Shown: piece by piece, positions 37,425 to 49,100 of the stretch
Layout of the letters: every line of letters begins with the position of its first letter
Position numbering within the stretch: the stretch's first letter is position 1
Assembly (NCBI GenBank): GCA_049999805.1
Contig: JBNGIO010005881.1
Location: 1 to 54,815 of the forward strand
DNA length: 54,815 bases
Origin: Folioceros fuciformis
Lineage: Eukaryota
Reading direction: 5' to 3'
Position numbers and translations under genes: made by a program
The notes under the pieces: generated by a model
The model's database searches: none
What the model was told of the DNA's origin: nothing
The model's input: only the letters and a program-made list of their open reading frames with translations

Positions 37425-37690
37425 GTCGGGATTCTTAGAGCCCCGAGTGTAGTGTCTTCAGCTGAGACTCCTAGAGTCACGAGTGTAGTGCCTTCAGCCG
37501 AGACTCCCATAGTCCCGAGTATGGTATGATCAGTCGAGACTCCCAAAGTCCCATGGTATGATCAATGGGGACTCCTAGANNNNNNNNNNGTCGAGACTCC
37601 CAAAGTCCCATGGTATGATCAATGGGGACTCCTAGAGTCCCGAGTATGGTATGATTAGTCGGGACTCCCAAAGTCTTGAGTATGGGCAGC
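37425..37690. repeat. Tandem minisatellite with 32-36 bp unit, probably inside a gypsy LTR; contains a 10-N gap
   Basis: Units gactcc(t/c)a(g/a)agtcccgagtatggtatgatcagtcga; N at 37580-37589. Confidence 0.85.
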
Positions 37691-37833
37691 TGGGACTTAG
37701 GAAGTATTGGGCTTAGATAGCAGTCAACAAAAGACTGGGGTCTTGAAGGTAAAGTACCAGGGCTCACAACTTGCCTCTGGTGTTTCATCTCCCAATCTTG
37801 CCACAAAATTGGGCATAATGTGCTATTAGTGAG

Positions 37834-38006
37834 TGTTCACATATTTGAATGTGATCTACGCGTACATCCAAGAAGAATAGAATAGAAAAGTAGTGTCTAG
37901 TCCTTACACAAGTCTCAAAGTAGTATTGGCAGTTATAACTGCCAATCTAACCTAACTACCTAAGGTGCTAGCCCTAAGCATAGCAATGTAAACTAACTAC
38001 TCAACA
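37834..38006 (-). repeat. 3' LTR of copia H
   Basis: Direct repeat of 45412-45584; 7 substitutions in 173 bp by eye. Confidence 0.97.
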
Positions 38007-40649
38007 CTCCCACTCATTGCAAAGTGCTTAGGTGTTTTATAAATGTTTATTCATCGAACTGAACATAAATGTTTGCCAGCATAGCACGAACACGAGGAGT
38101 TACAAACAAGTACTTCAGCTCCCACTCGCGCATGTCGGCATCAAATCCCTTTCTTAAATTCTCTGCTCAGGAATACAAGACGCCAGCTTCTGTTTCAGGT
38201 TCCAGGTGCTCGACGAGATGGTTCTGTTTGGAGCTGCGCTAGGGTCTTCGAGTCAACCAGTTGCGGCGCCAAGTTTGAACTCCGAGCTCAGTCCACCTGC
38301 TGTAAAGAAGTCTGAAGGCCCTGCTCCTACTGCTGTTGCTATGGCGGCGGCTTGTGCTACTCCTTCAACAGCTGCACCTGTCGAAGATGGTGCTCATGCA
38401 CAAGCTGCCACACATGACTGTCCCGATGCTGCACCTCTCCGCCTTCGCCACGACTGTGCTTCAAGTGGACTGAGACAGGTTAAGCACGAGGCCACACCTT
38501 CTGAAGCTCACTAGATGAAGAAACTCCGACAGATGGAGAAGTGTGAAGCTCTTCTCACTCACGAAATTTCTGCTCTTCGAAAACAACTTCAGGCTTCCAG
38601 TGTTCCAGCTGCAAGCTTCAATATGTTTAGTTTTCGCATGAAATACGAGATTTTCTGCGAGTGACAGGGCTCCAGTGCTGTCACAATAAATTGTCGTGGG
38701 CTAAGTCTGCTCCTGTCCTAAGTCCTTAAGAAGCCTTCGTAGCCAGATTGCTTCTTTGGCTGCTTGAGTAAGAGCATAATACTCTGACTCTATGGACGAT
38801 AACGAAACCGTGGTCTGTTTCTTAGATGACCAGGTGATTGCTCCTCCAGCCAGTAGGAATGCATACGATGAAACTGATTTCTTGGAGTCTGGATTTGCTG
38901 CCCAATCAGCATCACAGTAGCCTACCAAGATAAGTGACTCATTTCCGTACTGCTGCTTTGTGTAGTGTATGCCATGACTGCTGGTTCCTTTAAGGAACCC
39001 TAATCGGGGTTGAGGCAGGTTTAGCAGCTGTCAACTTATATTTAAATAGCATATCATGAATATATTTCTCTTGGTGAATAATCAAAGTTCCATTTGATGT
39101 ATCTCGCAGGAGTTGCGTGCGAAGACAGTATGAGAGTTCCCCTACATCAACCATATCAAACCTGCCAGATAAGAGTCCTTTCACCTTGTTTATGCCTTCA
39201 AGGTCTGTGCCAAGCAAGATGCAGTCATCCACATATAACGCTAACACCACGAAGCCTGTGTCTTCTTACAGGAAATATACATTCGAATCAACATCACTCT
39301 TTTTGAAGCCAAGCTCAAGTAAGAACTCGTCAATACATTGATACCAGGCCCTAGGTGATAGCTTGAGACCGTAGATTATTTTCAACAACTTATAGACCCA
39401 GTCCTCATGCCCCTTCTTCTCATAGCCTTCGGGCTGCTGCATATAAATCTCTTCTTCCAGCTTACCATGTAAGAATGCGGTCTTAACATCCATTTGATGG
39501 ATAAACACGTTGTAGAATGCTGACATAGAAAATAGGACACGTAGAGACTGTGCTTTGACAACTGGAGAGAAAGTGTCATGATAATCTAACCCCGATACTT
39601 GAGAGAATCCTTTGGCAACAAGGCGAGCTTTGTACCTCGCTATAGTTCCATCAGCCTTATACTTGAGTTAAAGACCCTCTTGTTGCTGACGATCTTCCTC
39701 CCCTTAGGCGGGGGATAGAGCTCCCAAGTGTGATTATGAAGAAGGGAGTCATACTTTGAGGTAATAGCAGCTTTCCAGTGCTGAGATTTAGGATCGGTAA
39801 CAGCCTCCTGATAAGATTGTGGTTCATAACCAAGCTGCGATTGTGGTTCATAACCAAGCTGCACAGTCAACTGGACGAACTCATGAACAGGTTTAGGTTC
39901 GGGATCAGCTCCCACTGACTGAGAAACAGGTGTAACCATGTCCCGCTATGTCCTCCAGTCTTCAGCCTGATAAGGCGTCTCCAGCCATTGGTCACGTCCA
40001 CGGTGAAGGCGAGTGGAACGTCGAGGAACTGGAGCAGAGGGCTTAGGGACAGGAAGAGTATACTCGACAGGATCATCAACATCGAGCTCAGGCTCTGGTT
40101 GAGGCTGATGATCAGATAGATCATCTTTCGGCTCAACATCTGAAGTATTAGGACCAACAAGAACTTATGGACCAAGTGGGAAGGAGGAAGGCTGAACAAA
40201 GGATCGGGATCAGAATCAATAGAGGGAAAATCAACAATATCGAAAAACTCTGGTTCGACCACATCAAACTGTTCAGTTGCTGGAGAATCTTCATCTATAG
40301 GGGGGTGAGTCATCAAGAGGATTAAGCACAACACGTTCATCAAAAGCAACTGTCTGAGCATGGACAACACGTCGCGAACTAGGTTCCAATAGTTTATACC
40401 CATGGATCCCAGGTGTGTAACCTATAAACAGATGTCTTCTGGACTTGAATGCAAATTTTTGTCTAAGCTTGTCTGGGATATGGGCGTAGTCTGTGCTGCC
40501 AAAGACCCGAAGATGAGCAACATCGGGCTTGACTCCTGTCCATGACTCAAAAGGCATGCACTTCGGAAGGGAAGACACAGAAGTGTGATTCTGTAGATAG
40601 GTTGCCACCTAAACAATTTCAGCCCATAAGTGTCCCATAAGTGTATAGG

Positions 40650-42690
40650 TGTGGAACGAAAAAGTTTGGTAATCAGTCTAAGAAAGTCTAACTTGGTTTC
40701 TTTTTGTTCAGAATAGTTCGAAGGGAGGCATGTGGAAGGTAGGTTTCTGGGCAATGCCCATGGTAGGTAGTGAGCGGCTAGTGAAGGTTTTTATGGAGTT
40801 TTTTTTAGTTTAATTTTGGTAGGTTAGAATAAGAAGATATCTACATAGTAGGATGTCTACCTACATACTCTACCTATGTGGGAAAATGGAAGATACCTAC
40901 GTAGGTAGGGAAGGTACTTATACAATAGACACCCCACCTACGGCAATGGGGTAGGCTATCTACCTACGACAATGGGTGGGAATGGTAGGCAACCTACCTA
41001 CGAGAGGAGGGGTAGAGAACCTACCTACGAGAGAACGGGTAGGCAACCTACCTATGAGAGGAGGGGAAGGAATGGTAGGGACCCTACCTACGAAGGGAGC
41101 AATAGGTACCCTACCTACGGAGAGAACATTCCCACCCTACATAGGGAAGGAGCTCAAGTTGAGGAACAAGGGGATCCCTCCCTTACCAAACTAGTAGGTG
41201 GTGGTAAAGGGATATCCCAAGAGATCCACACGGAGGAAGATATAGTGGAAGTTCGTGGATCCAAAAGAAGACAAATCCCAATAATGGAGGGGGGCCCATT
41301 AGCTCAGTCTTCAGACTCTGCCTCCCTTCAGGAGCCCTCCTAGCCACACCTTTTTGAAAAGGGGGTCAACGAATCTTCTATGGCGGCACAGACAGTCCTA
41401 ATCTTCATCGGCGCGCACTGCCCTAGCAATTATTGGTAGGACTTAGCCTCTTGGTAGGTGTGTGCAGTTAAAGTTGGTGGCGCCTAGTGTGAGAGAAGGG
41501 TAGCCCACCACCTACATGTAGGAGAGGGTTCATGTGTCAATCTCTCCTTTAAGGAGGGGCTACACAAAGAAATGAACCACCACATTCTGCACTCTTATCA
41601 TGGCGAGTTCTCATGCTCAACAGAGTGTAGGAATCTCGTTGCCGGCTGTGTGACATCACAGCGCATGGTTGTGGCTAGAGTTGCAGTGGTCGAAGTGCTT
41701 GGCGGAGGGCTCATATTCTTCCATGGGCACCCTGCAAGTTGCTTCCCTTGTGAATGGTTGTTGTGCTGCTGTAGGTGTGTGGCAATACCTATGTGGCTGT
41801 TGGCTTGAGGGTAGACTCCAGGGAAAGACTTCCTGGGAGTTCTCGCTAACAAGCGCAAGCACGCAGCAACCGGCCCAAGGAAAAACTTGTTGGTCGTTGG
41901 ACGTAGGGAGACAAGCAGCTGGATCGTTGTGGAAGGTGTTGTGAGGAGACTTGTGAGGGAGGGGTGTTGGGTGTAGGGAGGTAGAAATCGGTAGGGGAAG
42001 GTACTGGGGCCCTTCAAAGTGAAGGAATGGTGCCTTCCTACCGACTGGACGTGTTGAAGGTACGCCATGGGAAAGGTTGAATGTCGTCGGCGAACGATAA
42101 ACAGAGTTGGAGGGAGCGAAGTAGGCTCGGAGGAAAACTTGTTGGTTGTTGGGCCTAGGGAGACGAGCAGTTAGACTGTGGGTAGAGGAAGGTGTTGCAG
42201 GGAGCCTTGTGAGGAAAAGGTATTGAGTGTAGAGAGGTAGAAATTGGTAGGGGAGGTACTGGGGCCCTTCTAAGTGAAGGAATGGTGCCTACCTACTGAC
42301 GGAACATGTTGCAGGATTGGTAGGAATGTGATTGGAAGGTAGAAATCGGTAGGGGAAGTACTGGAGCCCTTCCAAGTGAAAGAATGGTGCCTACCTACTG
42401 ACGGGAAGCGTTGCAGGATTGGTAGGAATGTGATTGGAAGGTAGAAATCGGTAGGGGAGGTACTGGGGCCCTTCCAAGTGAAGGAATGGTGCCTACCTAT
42501 TGATGGGATGTGTGGCCAGATTGGTAGATACGTGGTTGGGAGAGTTGACTAGTGAAGGGGAGCGATAGAAGTAGCTGACCAAGCTCAGAGGGGAGCGATT
42601 CCGGGGAAACCTACAACGACCGTGGGATTGATGTGGCCACGATACATGTGAGCGGGTGTCTGGTAGGGATACCATACCCGCTTGCCCACA
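40650..42690. mobile_element. About 2.04-kb solo LTR (Tat/Ogre-like size) inserted in the integrase of H
   Basis: TGTGG...CCACA termini; 5-bp TSD ATAGG (40645-40649, 42691-42695); no gag-pol inside; internal tandem arrays (cctacctacgagag units at about 40930-41125; about 102-bp units at about 42237-42500). Confidence 0.88.
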
Positions 42691-45411
42691 ATAGGTAACC
42701 TCCCCTGGAACAGAAGAGCTCGAGCAACATCCTGAATTGTTCTTTGTCTTCGTTCAGCTCTGCCATTCATATCTGAGTGGTATGGGATTGTAAGTTGTCT
42801 AGTAATGCCACGTTCCTGACAAAACTCCTGAAATGCATGTGATAGGTATTCCTTCCCATTATCCGAACGGATGCATTTCAACTTAAAGCCTATCTGACGT
42901 TTGGCATATGCCAGGTATCTTTTAAAGTTGTCAAATACGTCACTCTTATGTTTCAACAGCTTTGTTATTGTGAAATGGGTGCGGTCATCCTCAAACACCA
43001 CAAAGTACTTGGCTCCTCCCCAACTTGGAGTAGACATAGGACCACATATGTCAGTATGCACTAAATCCAGCACTTGTGTTTGTCTCCTAGGCTTACCAGA
43101 TCCAAAATGAGATTTAAATTGTTTGCCGTGCACACAAGCAACACAGAGATCCAGACGGTAAGTCAGACTCGGAGAAACCTGTCACCATCTTTTCTTTGAG
43201 CAAACATCTCATAGCCTGAATATTTGGATGTCCCAACCTACAGTGCCACTTAAACACTAGGTCAGACTTACTAACTGCCTTCTCCGTTAATTGTGTCGAC
43301 TGTGGAGGGACATACTAGACAAAATCAAGTACATATAGGTCATATAAGGGGGTGCATCTAGCAATGACATATGTGGGTGTATTTACTCTTGTTATAACAC
43401 ACTCTAGACCTTTAAACAAAATTCTGTACAGGCCTGTCTTTCCCAAAGTCATAGTGCTCACGAGATTCTTCTTCAGTGCTGGAACATGCAGCACGTTTTC
43501 TAACTCCCAAGTTTTGCCATTTTGCAGAGTAATGACAACAGTTCCTATCCCTCTAATAGGAATATGGGAATTATCTCCTAGAACAACAGCATGCTCACTT
43601 GGTGCCTCTTTGTAGTTTAGAAAAGACTTCTTAGAAGAACACATGTGGTTAGAAGCCCCACTATGTAAGAACCACTGATTCTTACTATTTATGATAGAGG
43701 AGAGACAAGACACAAGTAGACCAGGTGTGGTTGCCCTTGTCACATTTGTTTCGTGTTGTTTTCCTTTTCTAGCATTATCTCTTTGCTTGATTCTGCAATC
43801 TCTTGCCTAGTGCCCTGGCTTGTGTCAGTAGTTGCACACACCATGTTTCATCACTGATTGCAGTGAATTGAAGTTGGGATTAGGCCTGGACGCTTGTCTT
43901 CTGCCTCTACCAAAACCTCCACGTCCATGCCCTCTTCTTCTGCCACGACCTCTGCCGCGACTTGTCCATAAAGCAGTATCACTCTGCTTATGAGAAGAGC
44001 TTGAAGAACCCTTGCTGTTCGTGTATTTTCTGTTGGCCTGTGCTTGCAGCTGGGCTCCAACTAACTTCTGAACAATCAGGGACGTAGTTGCTGGGGTTGT
44101 TGCTGTTGCTAGGGTAACAGTTGCTGTTGCCTGAATACTTGAACTCCAGGTTTCATAGCTTGGAGGAAGAGCCAACAAAAACTGAACGGCAGCCCGACTA
44201 TCGTCGATGATAACGCCACATGCAGCAAGCCTGGCTGTTGCTGCCCTGAACTTGGAAAAAGCCCTCAACTGATTCATTTTCTTTCATGCGCAGATTTTGC
44301 CAATGGACAGTGGCTGCTCCAACAGAGATCATATCCTTTGCTTCATACATATCATTCAGCAAAGTGCAAACACCGTGTGCATGCTTGGCCAACTTTATGT
44401 GAGGAACCATCTCCTGTGAAACAGATCCAACAAGTATGGTTTTCGCTTTTCTATCTTTGTGATTCCATTCCATTGCATCCTTTTGAGTCCAAGGCACGTA
44501 ATTGACACCACCCGGTGTCAATGTGCCAGATGGCTGACCAGCCACCCTCTCAGGATCAGTACCATCAATGACATCCATCAAAAGTTTTTCCTCAAGAATG
44601 CACCGAACTCTAAACAACCAAGCATCAAAATTATGAGAGGTAAGATGATCCTTCTCCTACAGGCGATCAGAAGACTGGTTTGCCGCCATAGTGTCTGACT
44701 TGCTTTGCTAAGAAGTAGAGGGCCTTAGATCAGCAAGTTGCTCTCTAAGGCTAATGATCTCCGAAGCGTGTTTCTTGACTTCCAATTCCAAACCGACTAC
44801 TGAAATATGCTCTGACGCTCGCTGTTTCTCGAGGGGATCCAAGCGGGTGGTCAAGATATCTACACGCCTGGAGGTCTCCAGCACTGCAGACTTCACATTC
44901 AGCAAGGAACTGAGGAGAGCGTCACATTGATTCAGGTCAGACTGTTTGTGCTCATCTTGCAACGAATAGGGTTTGCAGCATCTGCAGATTCCAGTTGGTT
45001 GCAATGTATAACTTGGTGATTCTGTCAGAATCTGCAGGCCTGAATTAGCAGGTGGGAGCACCTCCGTTTGATTGGCGTCGTAAGATTCAACAAACGTCTT
45101 CAAGAACCTAGTTCTCTCCTGTTGCTCAGCAGAAGAAAGGACGTTTTTGAAATACAGTCTCTCAAATTGGGTCCCAAAATCCTATAATTTAGAAATAGGA
45201 ATCTGTTGCGCCTTTCCCTATCTATGGGCAAATGGCCAATTCTGCCTACATATGCCTTTTCTCGGCATCGTGCCACCGCTACATAAGACCGTGTCTATTC
45301 TGCATTTTGTAAAAAATGGATATGATCCATATTTCAAGAACTTCCATTGTTTGAAGCTCTAAATTAAAAATGCAAGCAGAAAGACACAGATCAGATATAG
45401 CTCTAATACCA

Positions 45412-45584
45412 TGTTCACATATTAAAATGTGATCTATGCGTACATCCAGGAAGAATAGAATAGAAAAGTAGTGTCTAGTCCTTACACAAGTCTCAAAGTA
45501 GTACTAGCAGTTATAACTGCCAATCTAACCTAACTACCTAAGGTGCTAGCCCTAAGCATAGCAATGTAAACTAACTACTCAATA
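45412..45584 (-). repeat. 5' LTR of copia H
   Basis: Adjacent to the PBS; direct repeat of 37834-38006. Confidence 0.97.
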
Positions 45585-45589
45585 GTGAG

Positions 45590-46116
45590 GGAAGTCCGTG
45601 ACTAGAAAATTAGATGTTCCATTCCCACCCCCCCCTCCCCATTTGATTGGGCCTGAATGGTAGAGGGTTGCAGCTATGGTCTGTGGGGCACAACGAGGGC
45701 AATACCAAAGCTGCTCTAGGAACTCAGAGAGAGGTGGGTTGAGACTGAAAAAATGGTAGCCCCCGTTGCAGTGGTCGCAAAGTAGCATTAACTCACCACC
45801 GTTAGTTCTTTGACAAACCTGGCATGAGTAGTCTCGAGGGAGAATCCAATCAGCTGTGACTATGGTTGGGTCCAAATTGGGGAGGTGGCAGGGTGCACAG
45901 TTCTTCATATAGTCTATGATGGTGCGCCCATCAGCTCCTTACAATACCAAGACACCATTAGGTCTAATCTCCCTAACCCGTAGTACATGACGGTTGTTGG
46001 TGGTGTCTAGGGTGTCCCTAATTTGCCGTTGCAGGTACATGAAATCCCCCACTTGAAACTTCTCCATTTTGGGCCTGAAACTGCCACTACGGGTATATGC
46101 AAATTGTAGGGTGTCA
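45590..46116 (-). mobile_element. 3' end of a Ty3/gypsy pol: integrase C-terminus plus PHD finger, PPT and start of the 3' LTR
   Basis: KFQVGDFMYL...VLRVREIRPNGVLVL*GADG...NCAPCHLP, then CQVC-x11-CDHC-x4-H-x2-S-x14-WYCPRC-type PHD pattern; purine tract 45628-45640 followed by TG at 45627. Confidence 0.8.
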
Positions 46117-49100
46117 GGTTTGTTCGGCAGAGAAGCTGAGACTTGGTGACGGTGATGGCGCCAGGAGGGATCTAGCTTGGTGATTCAATGGAGTCGCTGA
46201 GCCCCCCATGGGGGGGCTCAACAGCTGGCACATGGGCAGCAATAGTCAGTATGTGTTCTAATAAACAGAAGGCGAGGGGGCAAAACGAGGGGGTGAAGGT
46301 AGCTAATCACTCTGATGCTAACCGGACAAAGGCCAAGGCAGAGAAAGACTCGCAGGTACGGACACCTGAGGTGGATTATGCACAGGCTCAGGTACAGCCG
46401 GGCCCTTCCCAAGAATATGCCTCGGGTTTGGCAAAAGAGGATACAGGTTTAAAGCTGGGTCCGCTAACGGAAGTGCTCACTGAGGCGAGATTTTTTCAGA
46501 GGGAGGAGGACAAGCTTGTTGCCAGCTCAGTTGTGGGGCGGCTTATGTCTGGAGGTCCTCCTACCGTGGAGGAATTGGAGGACAGGGTGGCTCAGGTAAC
46601 GGGATGCCCTCTAGCTTATGTTTTCTTGAAAGCAGACGGTTCTTTCCAGATTAAGTGTGACGAGGCCGTTGGGGCTCAAGCCCTCCTACAAAGCTGTCCT
46701 TCCAAGAATCCATCCCAATGGTGGTGGAGGCCTGGTCTCCTGGGAATAGGATCATGCAATCTAAAATCAAGCGGCACTTTTTGTGGGTGGGTCTTCCAGC
46801 CTTGTCGGTTCAGCTCGTCACATTGATTCGCAAAATCCTGGGGACCATCCCATTGATTCGCAAAATTTTGGGGTCCATTGGCAGGGTGGTGGAGGTCCCT
46901 AAGGTGGATTCTAGATTTTTTGATAGCAACAAACCACCCCGCTTTGGTGTGAGGGTTGATAGCCTCCTAGCTTTGCCGGAAGGTGTCGTTGTTCGTGATC
47001 CGGAGGACCCATCTAAGAGTTTTACGCAGCTCTTTGATTACCCTGATCTACCTATTAGATGCGGTGTGTGTGGCTTGCAAAATCATCTTAAGCAGGCTTG
47101 TCGTCTTTGGGCTGGAATGGGAGGTTGGAGTGACAATTCGGAGAAGGCACATTTAGGCCCCCTGCCTGGATTCAAAGATGCCCCTACGAAGTCCTAGAGG
47201 ACTAACCCTGGAATGCACTTGTGGGAAAACAAAGTTCAGAAAGATTTCTTGGGGAGCGGGGGCACAGTACACAAGCTAAGCTTTGTGTGCTCCTGAGGAA
47301 GAAGGTGGATAATACATACTTCTATTGGATGTCGAAGTGGGGAGAACTCAGAGCCTTGCCTATGCGCTCATTCTAGATAAGGGGGGTCGACTGGGGGTTA
47401 GCCCCCTGTGCTCTAGACTACAGTCAAGCTGAAAGTTAAGGGCATGTTGCAGGCGGGTAAGCTGAGCAAGCTGTAAGAATGATCCTGCAAGAAGCACGAC
47501 ATAGTATGGTGTGTCACAGACTTGAGGATAGCTCTTCTATCGTATTTGTGAACACATTGATTGAGCTGAGGGAAGAATGCCGAATCCGGGACTTTAAGGT
47601 GTCGCAGTGGATGGGGGAGCCTCAGTTGCTGGCTTATATCAAGGATGCAAAATTTGGCAAAGGCAAAGTTACTCTCGCATCTAGAGTGGTCTTCAAGGCG
47701 CATCTTGGCTTTCTCGGGTTACTCAATGCTCCAATTTTGATCAAACTCCCAGGCAGTTGGGAGCTCAGATGGGAAGAGGATATGGCGGTTGAGGATACGG
47801 TGCCTATGGAGCAGGACATCAATAGTGTGGACCTCGGTAGTGTCACCAGCAAATGGATTTAAGGGTCCTGCAACAGAGGGCAGGGTTACCATCGGGGGGT
47901 CTCACCAAAGGGGAGGTGCTCATCAACTTGACAACCCCACAACACATCAGGATTCCTTAAGTGTCTCCCAGGAAGCAAACCCTGTAGGGGTAGAAGCACG
48001 AGTTGTACCCTCAGGAGAACAAACGAAGGGTGGGGTACTTAAGGCAGTTGATAAGGTGGCCATCCAGGGAGGGTTGAGACAGGCTCACACACTAGAGAGC
48101 CACGGACCGGGGCAAACAACTTGGACAGCCCTCCTTGGGGAGCTGCAGCGGGATTGCCAGAATCCCAAGGCCTGTAGAGGAGCTCACAAGAAATTATGCT
48201 AGGCTGGAGATGCGCAATTTGGTGTCACACCTAGGGGGTGTTGTGGATGGCGGGAGTCTCCAAGGTGGTCAGCTGAGGTCAGGAGTTGAAGGTGGCCCTG
48301 ATCAGTCTGAAGGTCCAGGGGGTAGCACTCCTCCTCTGGCCCAGCAAGGTGGGGCGAGTCTTCCACTGGATGAGGTGCCAGCAAAAGGAAGGGTGACTTA
48401 GGAAGGAGACGCCGGTGCGTCACCGGAGGTGGGGGGTGACGCACGGAATTCAGCCCTGGAGAGTTCCACCGCCCAGCCTCTAGAAGCTTGGCAAATCGGC
48501 TCCCTGTTGTTGGGACCAGGTATTCCTTTTTCTTTGGCAATGGAGAACGATGGACCTGCTCCTCGGGAGACGCAGGAGGTGGACCCCAACCGTGTGGAAG
48601 GGGTGGTCAAGCAGGAGACCTTTCAAACCTGGTGGATACAGCGGGGCTCTCAGGAGGTTTTTGGAGATTGTTAAGCTGGGGAATGTTCCAACCGGTTTTC
48701 TCCCCAGACCAGGGAAGAGATGAACGGGGACGTGCTACAAGCCTTCCCTATGGCACCGAACGGGAAGGGAGAACAAAGCAAGGGGAAAGGCTAGACCACG
48801 GCGGCAGTCCATCCAGAAGTTGGAGCCAGTGCTGTAGAGCAGCCTAGGCAGTTTCTACAAACGCTCTTGTGTCCGAGAGCTGAGACTGAGCACCTCTCAT
48901 CGCTTCTTAACTGCGTTGATGCATGTACAGATGTGGCCTTTCAGCAAGGTCAGGAAGACGTTGTGGATCGTGCAAGGGAGTGCTTGCAGGTTTCGTCCTC
49001 CACAGCTCTGGAGGCGGGTCGGGAGGTATATGGCTTTTGCCTACAAGGTGTGGAGGCTTTGTCTCCTTCGCCCTCACGTTGGTACCAGAGCAGGATACTT

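Larger units (their letters stand above)
37834..45584 (-). mobile_element. Full-span Ty1/copia element H with both LTRs and TSD, decayed and carrying a nested solo LTR
   Basis: 173-bp LTRs at 45412-45584 and 37834-38006; TSD GTGAG (37829-37833, 45585-45589); PBS tggtattagagc 45400-45411; PPT tgagtgggag 38007-38016; gag (44689), PR, IN, RT (YVDDCIL) and RH fragments. Confidence 0.97.

Noticed and set aside
37534-37637. Exact duplicate on both sides of the 10-N gap
   Set aside because: Most likely an unmerged contig overlap rather than biology
37425-37690. 36-bp repeats resembling a CRISPR array
   Set aside because: Units are head-to-tail with no unique spacers, degenerate, with no cas genes and a eukaryotic context
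40972-41343. Repetitive ORF (PTYERRG repeats)
   Set aside because: By-product of a tandem array inside a solo LTR; no domain evidence
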